DNA from: Chromera velia
Taxonomy: Eukaryota
Direction of reading: 5' to 3'
Assembly: GCA_018398765.1 (NCBI GenBank)
Contig: JAHBMJ010000003.1
Span: 1-59,591 of the forward strand
Length of the DNA: 59,591 nt
The notes beneath the pieces were generated by a model. The model saw only the letters and a list, made by a program, of their open reading frames with translations. It was not told the DNA's origin and made no database searches. The position numbers were made by a program, and so were the translations under genes. This document shows positions 11,632 to 25,400 of this stretch, in pieces (position 1 is the first letter of the stretch; every line of letters starts with the position of its first letter).

Positions 11632-14600
11632 AGGAGGAAGTCAAATTTTTCAAGTTGACTCACGACCAAAAGAACAGCACACTCGACAAGGCTCACTCTG
11701 TTTCAACTGGTGAGTACAGACAAGGAAGATCCATACGGTTCTGTTTGACTTCAGAATGCAGAACCGATTAGATGGACACCAGGGAAAATATATAGCAGAT
11801 GAGACTTGGTGGCAGAAGAGAATATTGAGGTGAAAGTAAATGGAAGCTAGATGCACAGTCCGCATGCATGCAGACACAAAATTGATTTCAGAACGTCCTC
11901 ACCTTCACCCCAGTCCAAGCCATTTGGAGAACCACCTGGGAGAATCTGACTCATGACATCTCCTAGAGGATCCCTACCGAGTACCAATTCAGGCCCAGAG
12001 ACCCGAAGACACAAAGAGAACCTGTTTACCCCCAGGCATCCTGCATATATACATGCATGTAGATCTTCCCCTTTCAGCAAGTACATGCAGCATCGATCTG
12101 TATATCGATATTTGATTCACCTCACGTCGCTCTTGTGGTGCCTTCTTCATCGTATTTCTGTACTTGTTGCATTCTGTCCATACTTCTATACATGTACGAT
12201 CCGTGTAGAGCATACACATATATACGTACATGCTTGTTCCTGTGCGCGCAGGTGACCTGACCCTCCGGTCTTCTCAGACTCTTCACGCAGGGCGTCTTGG
12301 GGGAAACTCCAGAAACGTGACCTTGACAGACTTCAACCCTTCAACGTCTGTCCGTGCCAGTGGAAGCACAAACGCACTGAATGCCAAGACAGACGAGAGG
12401 AGAGAGAGGGCCCTGAGGATGGCCGGGGTCCGATCCTTCCTGCGTCGCCGCAGTTTGAAGGATCTCCGTCCCCGTCTCTGTACCTCAATTGACGGGGAGG
12501 AAGTGGAGGAAGAGCCACAGAGCGCAGCAGCAGCGACGCAGAAGACGGCACTACAGCCTGGAGGGGCAGTCGCAGCAAAAAGTGAGTCGGGTCAATCAGG
12601 GGGGTAGCCCTGCGTGGGTTCTGAGTCAGAATTATTTTTTTGCAAATACAGTTTGGCTACGGGAACGCTGTGACAGCAAGAGAACGACAAATAAGGTGCT
12701 TATCATAAGTAGGAAATCGCGACTGATGCTGTATAGTTTGATGCGCTGTCGCTTTCACATTTTGGAAGAGAAGGCAAAGGAATCATTTTCTCAGCTCAAG
12801 CTGTCGGTCCTCGTCTTTGTGGACACTATGCTTTGATTTTGAGAAGCAAAAGCAGCATCTCTATTCATGACATGCACTCTCGTGATGCTGACGGGAATGA
12901 ATGACGCGACTTTGCAGAGGGCTCAGGATCTGCCGAGGCACTCTCAACAGGAGCGAACGGACAGAAGGAAACCACCTTGCCTTTAAGTGAGCTTCCATGC
13001 ACACCTTCTCTTCAACTGCTGCCTTGCCTCTGTGATGTCAACCAGGCACGGGAGTAAAGGGGCGCATGCAGTCATGTTCGTTATTCTTTCAATTAACTTC
13101 TCTTGACATGCAGTCATAGAAATGAAATGAGAGGTTTGATTTGATGTTGCCCCCCTTGTCCCCTTTTGCTCCCTCCAGCTTTGACAACACTGGGTCTCTC
13201 AACCGTTCCGTTGTCACTTTCGAATTCTTGGTTTCTTTCACGCCCGCACTTGTGATCCCACAATGAATGACGAAGAGATCCCCCTTTCCCTTTTCTTCCT
13301 CTGCAGCCCTTAACCTCTCTGAGGGAGGGACCTTCCTCGACCCCGCCATCAAGGACGGCCGCTGGTTCCTCCAGAGCCTCCCGAAGTTTGCAGACAAGGA
13401 AGAGACCAACACAGCCACATCAGAACTGTGCGACATGCACCTTTTCTCCCCCCCCTTTTCAGCAGCTGGAGTTCCCTTCCTTCAACTTCACCTCACAGCA
13501 GATGCCGACAAAAACACAGTCTCCGTCTACCTCTGGGGCCCTGTCGGTCTTCAAATTAACTTCTCTCTCTGGCTAGGATCCCCTTCAGACAAACTCACAA
13601 CAAATCACCTCTTCGGCTCGGCCCCCGATGGCGTCGCCATGCCTCTCGGTCCTCTGGCGAATGCCACCGCAGAGTCCGCCAAATCCCTTTGGGGGTCCTC
13701 GTGGGGTGATGCCGTTCCGAAAAGGGAGTGTGCTGGTGTCTCGGACGGTTGGCTTCTCCCTGCTCAGTCCCGTCTCCGTCTCAAAGGTCAGACAGTGAGG
13801 TCGGAAGTCAACCAGACCGAGCTAACACCCTCCGACCTTATGACCGTTTTGGAGGGTTTAAATGTGGGGTTCTCCATTCACAGAGTGCAGCAGAGAGGGG
13901 AGTTGAAAGCCCCCCCTGTGGCGTTCATGCTCTCAGATGGTGGTGCGCCCACATCTGTAGAGCTGGAGAGTGCGAAGGAGGAGGGGGAGGAGAAAGGAAA
14001 GGAGGGGGGTGCAGGGGGGGCAGAGAAAGAAGAAAAGAAGGTGGAGGGAACACCCATTGCAGTACTGGCAGGGAGGCTGCAGCTAGACAGGGATGCAGAG
14101 GTCGGACTGAAGGAAAGTCTCCAGAAAGCAGTCGAGGGGGTGAGGAACGAGACCAGCAAGAGGGTCAGTTGGTCAGTGGTTGATTGGAGGGGGGGGGGGG
14201 TTGCTTTCTGTGTTGAGCTTTCTCCGTGCATTCGATCTATTAGGCATACAACCATGAATACACAAAATGAGTTATGTCAGTCATGAAGAAAAACCGTCGG
14301 AGATCATTTGAGTTGCTCTCCGCCGCCGCAGATGGATTGTCTGTTGTCAGTTACTCAGTGAGTGAGTATCCTTAGTGAGCTTTGGCGACTGCTGGAAAAA
14401 GCTCCAAGAAGCTCTCTCTTCTTTTTCTGTGTCCGTCAACTACTGTGACCAGCGTTATGCGCATCTCTGCCTGTCTATCTCTGCGCTAAATTGCTCCCTG
14501 CATGACACATTGAATGAAAATGCAAATGCAGTTGATCTGGAGGCTATACGACATGAGAAGACGGATGCAGGAGGCAGAGAGGAATCCTCTCGCATCTGCC

Positions 14601-16875
14601 AAGATAGTCTCTGCCCCCTTCTGCATTGGGGGAATCGAAGGAGCTCGGCTGGAGTTCTGGATCAGGTCTGTCCGGTTGTTCGTTTGTTTGTTTCTTCGAA
14701 TTCCATTCAGAGAGGAAAAAGCCAGGAAGTCAACGCTTGGGGATGTGGGGGTAAGAGTGACTTTGGACAGCATACAAGTTGTTCAGGAGCCATTTCGCCT
14801 TTTCCGTGCTTTTATTCTGCAGGTGGGTAGAGGCCGGGAGGCAATTGATCACAGCAAAAAAGAAAACTCCACTTTTTGACGTCGTGAACAGGGAAAGTCG
14901 GCTAAACGATCAATTTGTCGAAGTCATTTCTTTCTTCCCTTCTATCCATAGAGATTTATCGTCATTCACTGGTCTCAAATGAAGCATTCTTACGCAAGGG
15001 AACGAACGTTTATGGCCCACTCTCCGGCTGTTTGCAGGGGCACCGCGACGTCTGCCCCCGGCTTCTGCTCTCTCTTCCTTGATTGCCCTGCTGGCTACAG
15101 AGTGCTGTGCAAACTGGGGGTCGGTTAGATGACCTCCTGCATGTGGAGGTTTTCTGACAGACCATGTGGTTTTGTGTTGACTTTATTTGTATTTCTTTTC
15201 TCCAGTTGGATCGTCCTTCTCTCGTCCTGTCATTTATCCTTCCCCTTCTCAGCCCCTTCTTCTTCAAAACCCGGTTTCTTCAAAGCAAATCTTGTCAAAT
15301 TCCAGTGCTCGCTTTCGCCTCTGTCAGATGCGTCGAGGTTTGCTCATAGAGAGTCTCCTTGACAATTGATGAATGTCAGTGATTTACTTTGCCCTTGATG
15401 TCCCCTGTTGCAGTGTGACACTCCCGCTGGGAGCTCTGCCAAGCGCATGGAGCACGTGTACATGAAGAGGGAGGCGGCAGGAAAGACAAACCTCTGTCCC
15501 ATTGAGAGAGCGGTCAGCTTGGGACTCGGGAAGGTCTTGGGGCGGCGAGGGTATAACTGGATGAATGAATTGATCAATGGATGGCTGATGGATGGACATG
15601 TTAATATATGGACAGATGAACGAAATGACGAAGAGGGGATGGTTTGTTTTGTTTTCCACGTAGTGCCTCTTTGTGCAGCCTGCTGCTTTCTCCTTGAGAT
15701 TCAAGCCCTTCGCTTTTCGGGAGCGCGGAAAAAGGAAGCGAATATCAGATTCATGGAGATAATCAGATTTGTCCATTAAACCTTTTCTTTCTCTGCCTCC
15801 CCCCCCTGTGTGCATCACGCAGTATGACCCTCTGACAGATTCCGTGGCCCTGACTCTAGAGATCGTGGAGACGGACAGCGTCCATGGGGGGGCTTCTGGG
15901 GGGGAGCTGGACCCCTCCAAAAGCTCTCTTCTGATCTTTGCCAGCCACACGGCTTCTGCACTTCTCGAGAGGGCTGTGCAGATCCAGGGAGAAGGCAACG
16001 AAGCATTGTTGCTGCCCCTTGGTGAGAGGCCGTCTGAGGCTGAGAAGCAAAAGGTGGAGATGATGAAAACCGCACAGAGTCAGCAGACGAAGAAGAAGAA
16101 GGGGAAGGGGAAAGACAAGAGCCCCGCGAAGGCTGAGGAAAAAAAGGCTGCGGCTGGAGATGGAGAAGAACAGGAGGGGGGAGGGGAGGGGGGGTTCTTG
16201 GGGGCAGTTGGGGCGACGGAGGATTCTGAAGAGAAGAAAGAAGAAGGGGGGGATGACAGCAAGGAGAAAGAAGAGAAAACGGAAAAGGAAAAGGTGGAAG
16301 AGGAAAAGAAAGAAGTCGAAAAGAAGGAAGAGGAGAAGAAAGAGGACTCCAAAGCAGACGAGAAATCGACAGGAAAAGAACCTGAGGGAGAGCAGGGAAA
16401 CGATGAGACGGAAAAGAAAAAAGAAGATGACGAAACTTCCAAAACCGAAACCGCAGGAGGCGGGGGTGGAGGAGGATTCACTGCTGAGACCCTTTTCGGT
16501 GGGGGGGGAGGAGACGGAGCGGAGGGAGAGAAGTCGAAAGAGACCAAAAATGCTTCCCCGAAAGCGAAGAGCAAGGCAAAGGCCAAGGCAAAGTCCAAGG
16601 CCAAGGACAAAGAAAAGGACAAGGACGGCAAGTCGCCACCCTCGAAGCCGAAAAGCAAAGCAAAGGCCAAAGCAAAGAAGGCACCCGGAATCGAGAACTA
16701 TTTCGGCATGGGAGAGGAGGGAGCAGACGCCGACGCTTCCTCAAAGCCAAAAGCCGAAGACGGGGGAGCAGGGGAAGCAGACGCCTCCCAGTCAAAGGAC
16801 GCAAATGAAAAGAAGGGAGAGGTGGACGAAAAATTAGAAGAGGCAGCAGGGGCAGTTTCAGAGTACTTTGGCTAA
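11632..16875 (+). CDS. Multi-exon protein with two MATH/TRAF-like domains and a K/E-rich low-complexity C-terminus; 5' end undetermined
   Basis: Phase-consistent exons 13307-14163, 14532-14665, 15038-15119, 15414-15512, 15823-16875. Upstream exons near 11632-11709, 12252-12581 and 12919-12985 are tentative. MATH-like motifs: SPPFSAAGV..QL..VSVYLWGP.G and LIWRL..SAPFCIGG...LEFW..G..GFCSLFLDCPAG. Confidence 0.75.
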
Positions 16876-19077
16876 ACTTTGAAGTCAATTGAACCGTTTG
16901 TGTTGTCTACATAGTACTATGCACGACTTTTGTGCAGAGAATGACGTTCAATTATCATTAAAATCATCATCTTTGTCAAGATTTTCTGTCAGTAAATTGA
17001 AAGTCTGGTAGAAAGTCTGACTATACTTAGAACAAACAATCAATCACACATCACCGCCCATCACTAGGCCCATCATCATCATTGTAGGGCATTTCCATCA
17101 AGTCATATACATACTAGGCGCTGCTTTATTCCCCCTGTCCGGCCACCTTATGGCGTCCAGACAGAAGGTAAAGCGAGGACAAGAACCTTAGGGAAATTCT
17201 AGAGAAAGAACGTGAGCAACACTCATTCAGGCAACAGTTTACAGAAGGTTTAGCTCTAAAGCGACTCGGATCTGAGATTCCAATCAGCTGAGTTCATTCT
17301 ATCATTGCACAATTTCTACTTATGCTTCTCTCAGAGTCTGTTCCTCTCTCTCAGAGTCTCAGACTCCCGATCTATGACAAACAGACATTAGCCTCAAACG
17401 ATCCTATCTATTACTCAAGTGACATATTGCTTGAATACGAACATTGCGAAGGTCAGACCGGGTCAGACTCGACTTCGATCGACGCGTGCACGACACGTAC
17501 GAAGCAAAGCGCGGTGGCGGAATGTGGCGTGGCACGCTGGCTCACTTAGTCACGGTGCATGCGAAGGCTTAAAAGGCAGTGCCACAGGGTAGGACTCCAC
17601 AATGCCTAGCGTATAGCCCAGCGTTTGGCAGATATAAATACATACTTACCATATAGTGACTCAAAGTTAACATCTCAAAAAGTTGATTAAACTTTTAAAT
17701 CTTATTCAAATTCCAATATTTTATATTACAACAATGACCCCAATATCATTGTGTATAAAATATAGAAAAGTTTATTAAACGGTTTGTTGTATGATTGCCA
17801 CATAGTGAGTCTGCATGGCTGCAAACCTTTTCAATCTAGCAGACAGTATGCGTCTGAGTCAATATTTATAAAATTAAACGTTTGTTGATTTAGCTTTTTT
17901 TACTTAATTTTTTACTTGTGTTAACATATTAAACGCTAGACACTAAACCATAATCTAAGTTCACGTCATAGTAAACTCTTGGATGTCTTAGTATTGACTA
18001 GAATATTGAACGTTTTGCACCATAAACTTGAAACTTCATTCAATATCCAGTTAAACATGAAGCTTTGAAAGTGTCAGTACCATATCATGGTCCATACGGC
18101 TAAAACAGTGCCTAGAAGAGTAGCTAGATTATGCTGTATAGATTAAAACGACATGAACGGACAGAAATTCAAACCAAAGTAAAGAATAAAGTAAAGTTAA
18201 ACTTAAGGCTAGATTTAAGGATGAAGGCAAAAACTGAGTAAGGAAGGCAGGATACTAGGGCAGGATGGCTACTAGGCCCGGAAACAGTCAGAAAACTTTG
18301 AAGCTAGCTTTGAAGGAGGCATAAAGGTATGGTCAGAGGCAGGCAGGACTAGACGCTGCTGGAGAGAGACCAGAATCTAGGAGGAGATCGGGGCAAGAGG
18401 ACAGGTACCTCTAGTGAGGCAGGCAGTGAGGTAAGAAGTAAAGCATGGGGTCAGGAGACTTACGGACAAACTACGTCAGAGAACAGTCAGGAATATTGTC
18501 AATCAGTCTTGCAGGAAGGCAAAGATGTTCATTTCAGAATGACAGACTGATTGAATGATTGAATGTTTAATTGACAAGCAAGAAGAGAGTGAGACCCGGG
18601 GTGCGGCAGGCAGACAGGCAGGAATGAAGGAATGAATGAAGGAGGGCCAAGAAAACAGTATGCTGAGGCCGGAGCCTTTTTTCTCCTCATTTCATTATCT
18701 ACCTTGCAGACAGCTGAGGTCTTTGATATGAAAGTCTCCATTCAGCTTTCACGCCCTTTTGCATGTATTGATATTGTACATTTGATTTCCTTGTATGCAG
18801 GGTTTGAATTATTTATTTCAATTTGACGGACCCGTGATAGCTGACTGTCTAATCACCTAAAGGCAACAAGCAAGTAAGAGACAGGAGCCCGCTGACCTAC
18901 ATCTGCGGACTCTTAGAACGAAGATATTCGAAAAGTCCATTTTCTTCTTTTTTTGGTTCTATTCTGTCCCAAACAAATGTGGATGGAGGAGAGAGAGACA
19001 GGGTTGATCTCTCACTTCACCCCACTCACAATTGAATTCCAACCCCTTCCTTTCCATTATTCGGCCGGTTTGTATGA

Positions 19078-19908
19078 TCACTGCTGTCCCCTGCTCTGCC
19101 CGGGTCCCCCCGACCCCCCATCCCTGTTGGGAAATCTGATGTTGGTCATCCACCCGCTCTTCGGCTGTACCCGGGCGGACATGCTGTGGAGGGTCTGTCC
19201 TCCTGCGGGACCTCTCGGAGATCCTTTGGGGGATCTGTATCCTGCACCCACTCCATCCATCACCCAGTCACCGTATCGGCACAACTGTCGAAGTCTTTTC
19301 GTTTCGTCTGCATACACATCGCGTTGGAATCTGAGCTCGTCCAGCTCTCTCTGCTGAAGTTGAATGATCTTCTGCTGATCTTTCACCTGTTGGAGCAGCT
19401 TGCTTTCTGCAAAGCCTTGGGCCTCCACGACCATCGACTCATAGTTCAAGGTCGACTCCTCAATCTTTCTCTGCAATCTTCTTTCAGTCTGCTGAATTCT
19501 TCGGCAGTCTTCCTCAAACTCCAACAGACGAAGGTCGAGACCCTGTTTGAGAAAGAGCACAGACTCGTCAGGAGGGGCAATCACCCTGCCGTCTGGAGTG
19601 ATGTAGGGAGCAAGAAGACCTGCAAGCTTCTCCTGATCCTCCAGCAGCAGGGAGTGTGCTGCATTTAGCTCGGCGAGCTGCTGCTGGTACAAATCTGTGA
19701 GCTTCTGTATGTCAAAATTGGACCCAGCCCAGCGAGGCAGAGGGCTCGACTGCGGATGGTATGCGGACTGCTCTGTGTAGGGATTCCACCCGTAGCCACC
19801 TGCCCCCCCCGACACCCCAGCACCAGCATGGGCCTGTGCCTGTGCTTGTGGAGGAATGTGAGACGGCCCAGGTCTCTGCTCTGAGCCTGCGAGTCGACTG
19901 GGGTCCAT
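19078..19908 (-). CDS. Hypothetical coiled-coil protein (single exon)
   Basis: Uninterrupted ORF from ATG (MDPSRLAG) with Q/E/L-rich heptad-like segments; GC-rich promoter-like patch at 20170-20230. Confidence 0.65.
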   Translation of the reverse strand: MDPSRLAGSEQRPGPSHIPPQAQAQAHAGAGVSGGAGGYGWNPYTEQSAYHPQSSPLPRWAGSNFDIQKLTDLYQQQLAELNAAHSLLLEDQEKLAGLLAPYITPDGRVIAPPDESVLFLKQGLDLRLLEFEEDCRRIQQTERRLQRKIEESTLNYESMVVEAQGFAESKLLQQVKDQQKIIQLQQRELDELRFQRDVYADETKRLRQLCRYGDWVMDGVGAGYRSPKGSPRGPAGGQTLHSMSARVQPKSGWMTNIRFPNRDGGSGGPGQSRGQQ

Positions 19909-20385
19909 GCTGTCTGTTGCAGAGAATTTCCAGGGAGCACCGCTCGACAGTAAAAGCAAGCTTCAGGAGAGACTTTGGCTACGATTGGAGAGGGGGCAGC
20001 GTGTGAGAAGCTGGGATTCCTATATATGATGCCGTTTGGGTTGATCGCCTCCAAATTTCGTTTTGGCTGAATTGCATGTATATATATATGCATGCAAAAT
20101 TGTGGATGATCGATTAAAAAATAAAATAAAAAAAAAACAGATATATACATGCAGCCACCTGTGCCCCGGTCTAACGCGCGCACGGCGGGGCGAGGGCACA
20201 ATTTAAAGTGTGCCGCGCCGACCGCCGCTATTCAAGACTACCTGTCAGAAAAAAAGACTTGCATGCCGTCAACACGGTCACCAAACTTGAAGTCAAACAA
20301 AAAAAACTTAACGTTACGTCGAGCTATTACGAGCTATATACATTTGGTTCAGGCCAGAAGTCAGACTTTGGGCTCTCTATCTACC

Positions 20386-20588
20386 GGGGGCAAAAAAAAA
20401 ATCGCTTATCCTACAGTATGGGATAAAAGGGGGGGCTTATTCATAACAAATGGACTCATAGTCAAATGCGGCGGCGCCCACTATGGGATAAGCGGACCTA
20501 TGCGGCGGCGTATATGGGTTCCAGAGGGGGGGGGGGTTCAGCTAAGCTTATCCTACACTATGGGATAAGAGAATTTTTTGGTGCCCCC
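20386..20588. mobile_element. MITE-like element, ~200 bp
   Basis: TIR GGGGGCA(A)nT / ATTTTTTGGTGCCCCC; 3-bp flanking duplication ACC; internal near-palindrome TTATCCTACA(G/C)TATGGGATAA twice plus a half site. Confidence 0.55.
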
Positions 20589-21097
20589 ACCCCCACTCGC
20601 TATTAGTATCCTTTGCATGGTATTTATTAAGGCATATATAATTACAGTATATTTGCTACAACAATTTCATTTTAATCATAAATTTAATGCCTTCAATACT
20701 AATAAAGAAACACTCCCCCCGTTGCTGCTCTCTCGGTTTTCTCTCTACCCTCATATGTTAAGGTTTTAAATTTAATTATTGGTCATATACAGTTAATTTA
20801 TGAAAAAAAAGTTATTCTTGAATGAATAAATGAATGAAGGTGGCTTTGCTAGAGTGGAGCCGTGCTCCCAGTAGCCCATGTTCATGCAAGAGATCTTATT
20901 AATTTTTCCATGTTTTTTTCAACCAATTAAAAATGGACATGATCCGTACCATATAGATATTTTTTGTATGCTACTATCCAATCCCATTCCGTGCCTTCCC
21001 ACTGGTGTTCTCATCAAACAAGTTTAACAAAAACAGCTTTTAGCGACTTAAAATTTGCAGATTTGCTCATAATCCCTCTGTATGAAAAAAAATGTAT

Positions 21098-21113
21098 TAC
21101 ACACACACACACA

Positions 21114-21154
<41 letters not shown>
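21098..21154. repeat. (CA)n microsatellite
   Basis: Direct reading. Confidence 0.95.
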
Positions 21155-21157
<3 letters not shown>

Positions 21158-21310
21158 GAGAATCAAAGAGAGAGAGAGGGGGGGGGAGGGAGAGAGGGAG
21201 GCAGGGAGGGAGGGAAGTGCTGTCTGATACCAGTGTGTCGCTTGTTGCTTGTAATATATACAACAAAACAAAACATCCGCAGAAAACCAGCTACTCAAAA
21301 TTTCAGTCGA

Positions 21311-22036
21311 CTACAAAAACGCCCTTGTTTGGTTTTCATTCATCAGTGCATCCCCCCTCACTCCCTGCGATACGGGCTGTGTGCTCTTCGTCCTAACGGG
21401 CTTTTCAGAATTCTCAAAATCACGACAAGTGGAATCCAGTTCTGCCTGCTGATCATTTGAAAGAACATTTCCTTCAGGATGGCGATTGTCCGCCTTTTCT
21501 GAGCACTTGTTGATCTCCGCTGCCAAGTCCGGATCCGATTTTTGATCTCTCTCAAATAGATGACTTTCTTGCGATTCCTGTGAGTTCGTTTCTCTCGACC
21601 TCTCGAAGAACGCCTCGGGGACAAAGGTACATGGGGAAGAAGAGGAAGCAGCCAACTCTTTGTCGCCTTCGTTTGCCGTTGGCAACTGATCCAACGTCGT
21701 TCTGCGATCCCCTTCCCTTGAGCGTTCCTTCTCAAAGACAGAATTTGCAATCAAAACGTCCACCGAGAAAGGACCCAGCGAGGCCTCATGAGAGAGTTTC
21801 CAGATCCGACCGTCAGACGGGGAAGAAGAAGAGGACGGCATGGATGAATCTGGAAGAAAAGCAGGGGACGAAAGTCCTCTCATGATCCCATGCGGAAGCA
21901 GGTCGTCGAACCCATGCCTTTCCTGCAGAGCTTCCAGAGTCAAAACGACGCTCAGGTGGTCTGCACTTAACTGGGCACTGCAACGAAGAGGCACGAGAAA
22001 ACGGAAAATGAAAAAGGATGAAGTGCAGCCGGGGAG

Positions 22037-22100
<64 letters not shown>

Positions 22101-22363
22101 CGCGCGTGCGTGCGTGCATGTGCGTGAGTGTGTGTATTTGTCAGCTTATTAGTTCACTAGTCTATTTCTTACAGGGGCACATCATATCTTCAAAAGCGGT
22201 CGCAAAGTCAATGCGGACATGAGCAACCAACAGATCCCGGTTCTCACCCACAGAAACATTCTCATTCTTACTTGCGATCTGTGTCACACGCAGCCTTACC
22301 CGATCTTTCTCTCTCTCTCCCTCTCTCTCTCTCTCCCTCTCTCTCTCTCTCTCTCCCCTTCTT

Positions 22364-22403
<40 letters not shown>

Positions 22404-25400
22404 ATGTGCTACAATAGAATCGCCTCTCTCTGACTCACTCTGTGCTGAGATCCGACACTGTTGGGCTCCTTCCTTGTCCTTCCGTCCTTGTCCCTCCTGC
22501 CTCTATCGTCGTCCTTCCTTGACATTCAATTTCCCCTCTCGCCAGGCAAATTTCAGTCCCCTCAACCGAATTCTCCCTCTCTTCAAAAGGTTTCGCTAGA
22601 CTTTCTGCATAAATCTGTGTCGAGTCGGTCTTTCTCTCGTCTCCCTCTCTCTCGGCTCCACGGTGTCCTCCCTTTCTTGTCTTTACATGCCGCACCTCCC
22701 TTTGAGAGAGGCCCTGCCGATGGCCACTAAGGCTTTCAACCTCTTCTTGTTCTCTGCTCTGAGCCTCTCCCTCTCCTGCCCCAACAGCCCGTGCTGCTCT
22801 GGAGAAGACTACCAGGTGGGGCAGGGACAGGGGCACAGAGGGGAGCCGTACCCTAGACGCTTTTCTGTCCCCTTCATGAGCCTTTCCGTTCTGGGGTACG
22901 GGAAGCAAGTGCCCGTCTCTAATGACGCAAAGCCACAAAGCGTAGAGAGCCACTCGCACCTGCAGGCAGGAGGGGGGAGCAGAGGGAGGTCAAACAACAA
23001 ACAAAAGCACATCACAGGTTGGTACTAATGAAGAAGAAAGTGAAAAAAGCGAGAAAGATGACAAATCCCGTAGGGCAGCAAACACTGTCAGTCGTACAAA
23101 CAGAAAGAGGGGGGCACACTCAGAGGCGAGAAGACAGTAGACTGAGGAAGAGGTGGCTTGGAGAGAAAAAAAGGTTGCGTGGATGGAGAAGGAAGGACTG
23201 GATGGATGGAATTATGGACAAGAAGCAACGGACATACAGAGGCAGGCAGGTTCGCAGACATTCATTACGCAAACCAGCATAGTGACTGGGCAGATTTGTC
23301 GTCTTCGCCTCTCGTCCCATTACTAGCAGACAGGAAGATACAAAAAAAGTCAGAATACTTAGAGAGACGGATTGAAAGATGTGCGAAATTTCAGTCTTCA
23401 GTTTTTGAGGACAGAATGAGAAAGAGGCAGCCCCGACCTTTCGTCTTTCCTTTTCTCCCCTCCAGCTGAAACTCCGACCGTCAGCAACACGTCGCAACAG
23501 GATCGAGGCTGCTGTCGCTCTCTCCAGCTGCCACTCTCTTTTCAAAAACCTCTCTGCTGTGTTCCCCCCCCCAAAGGGGGAACCTCCCAGTCGAACTACA
23601 GGAAGAGTCATCACCAAAGCGCACGCATGCAGAGCATTGACGGCCTTAGACACAGACAATCCCGCATCCCCCCCTAGTGCTGCACCCTGTAAGATCTCTC
23701 GAAACCCCACCCTGTACACCCCATGCAGGACAGGTGTCCGAACACCCACACCCTCCTCCTCCTCCTCCCGATCCTCAATATGAAGATCCAGCAACGAAAG
23801 AGACTCGAGAGCAGATGCCACTGCATCAGGTCCCAGCCGTCTCGCGCGACTCTCTACAGCCTCAGCACACTGCAACACAAACGCCCGCATATTACCACAC
23901 ACTCCACGACCTCCTAATTTCAGGTCTTTCAATCTGTTCAGAGCTTGACGGAGCTCTAAATCACTCAGCTTGGAGACGCCACCCCCCTCTAACAGTCGAG
24001 TACACACAGATGCAAACAAACGCTCCTGCCCCCCACCTAGTAGACCCAGTGCGTTCATGGAGAAAGTCAAGTCGTGGGGGGAAAGGGAGTCTAGGGACTG
24101 TTCGAGAACTTCCAACAGAACACCCACAGCTTCACCCATTTGTACCACCGCACCATCCCCAACCACCCTTTCTGTTTCCCCTCCCAAATCTACCACAGCC
24201 GTACCATCAGAGACACCCACCCCATCTACTGGCAAAAGCGTCTGCCTTACCCGACTCCGACTGTCCATATGTTCATTCAAAAAGATTGCAAACGCGTTCA
24301 ATGTTGTGCTCGTCACCTCTGGCTGCATCCTTTCTTTCTTCCTCTTCTTTCCCAACAGATTCTCGCTACCTCTCGCACACAACCAACGAGCCAGACAGCC
24401 TAGAACCAACCCCACATCCCCATGTCGACCATGCTCCCGGAGAAAACCAAAAAAACGCACAAACCCATGAGCCAAAACCCCCACATGACGAGTCGCCACT
24501 ACCCCCCCTGTCCCATTCTCCTCCTCATGACCCTCCAAGTCTTTCATGACCAAAGTCTCCACTCTCCGTGCGAGCACGGAAAGAAGAAAAGCGTCAGGAG
24601 TGTCAACTCGCACAAGTGCTGAGAGTATCTGTACAACGTGGGGCATCTCAAACTCGTCTCCCTTCCGGACACACTCCTTTCTAAGGGTCTCTTCCAACCC
24701 AACATCCCGCACATTCGACTTCGCCAGACCCCACAGGACCATTGCAAGGCCCTGGGGGGAGAGACGGCTTAGTCTATCTTTCAAAAGGGGGAGAAGAGAC
24801 TGCAATGCGACCTGGGCCGTCTCTCTCACGGAAGCCCCCTTTGCAATCGCATGCACAAGCACAGCGGCATCCCGCCCTGACACTTCACGCCGCCTCTTTG
24901 CCGCTACTGCCGCTGCAGCTGCGATGAGGGCGTGGTCTATCAGCGAGGCAGACGAGGAGAGGGACAGACAGAGCATGGACAGTTGGTTGACCGTGAAGTC
25001 TTCTGGTCTCTCCACAACCCTCTGTGATGCCACTTCGAAGAACCGTCTCCTTAACGCCGTCTCCGTCTCCGTCTCCGAGACGGACAAAAGGCATTTTGCA
25101 TACGCACAGAGAGTGGGGGGAGGGAGAGAACTCACTTCGGAGGTAACAGTCTGGATGACTCGCGTCCAAAATTGGGGGTGCTCTTTCCCTTTTTCTTTTT
25201 GGGCAGCAAGGATCTGCACGCACTCCCACAGAGCACTGGAGCTGCAGAGAGACGCGTCCTTCTCGAGCAGCTCTTGAACCTCAAATGAGATTCGTCTCAG
25301 CAGCCCGTCCTTCTTGTGCTTGACGGCGTGCTTCAAATTCTGGGACAGGGCCGGAATGTCTGTGGGCTTCTTCATCACACCACCCAGGTCACGGGTTGCC

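Noticed and set aside
16080..16888. Antisense and alternative-frame ORFs over the K/E-rich exon
   Set aside because: They are shadows of low-complexity coding sequence.
20964..21460. HT/VC-repeat ORFs (also 44896-45473 and 27946-28296)
   Set aside because: They are translations of microsatellites.
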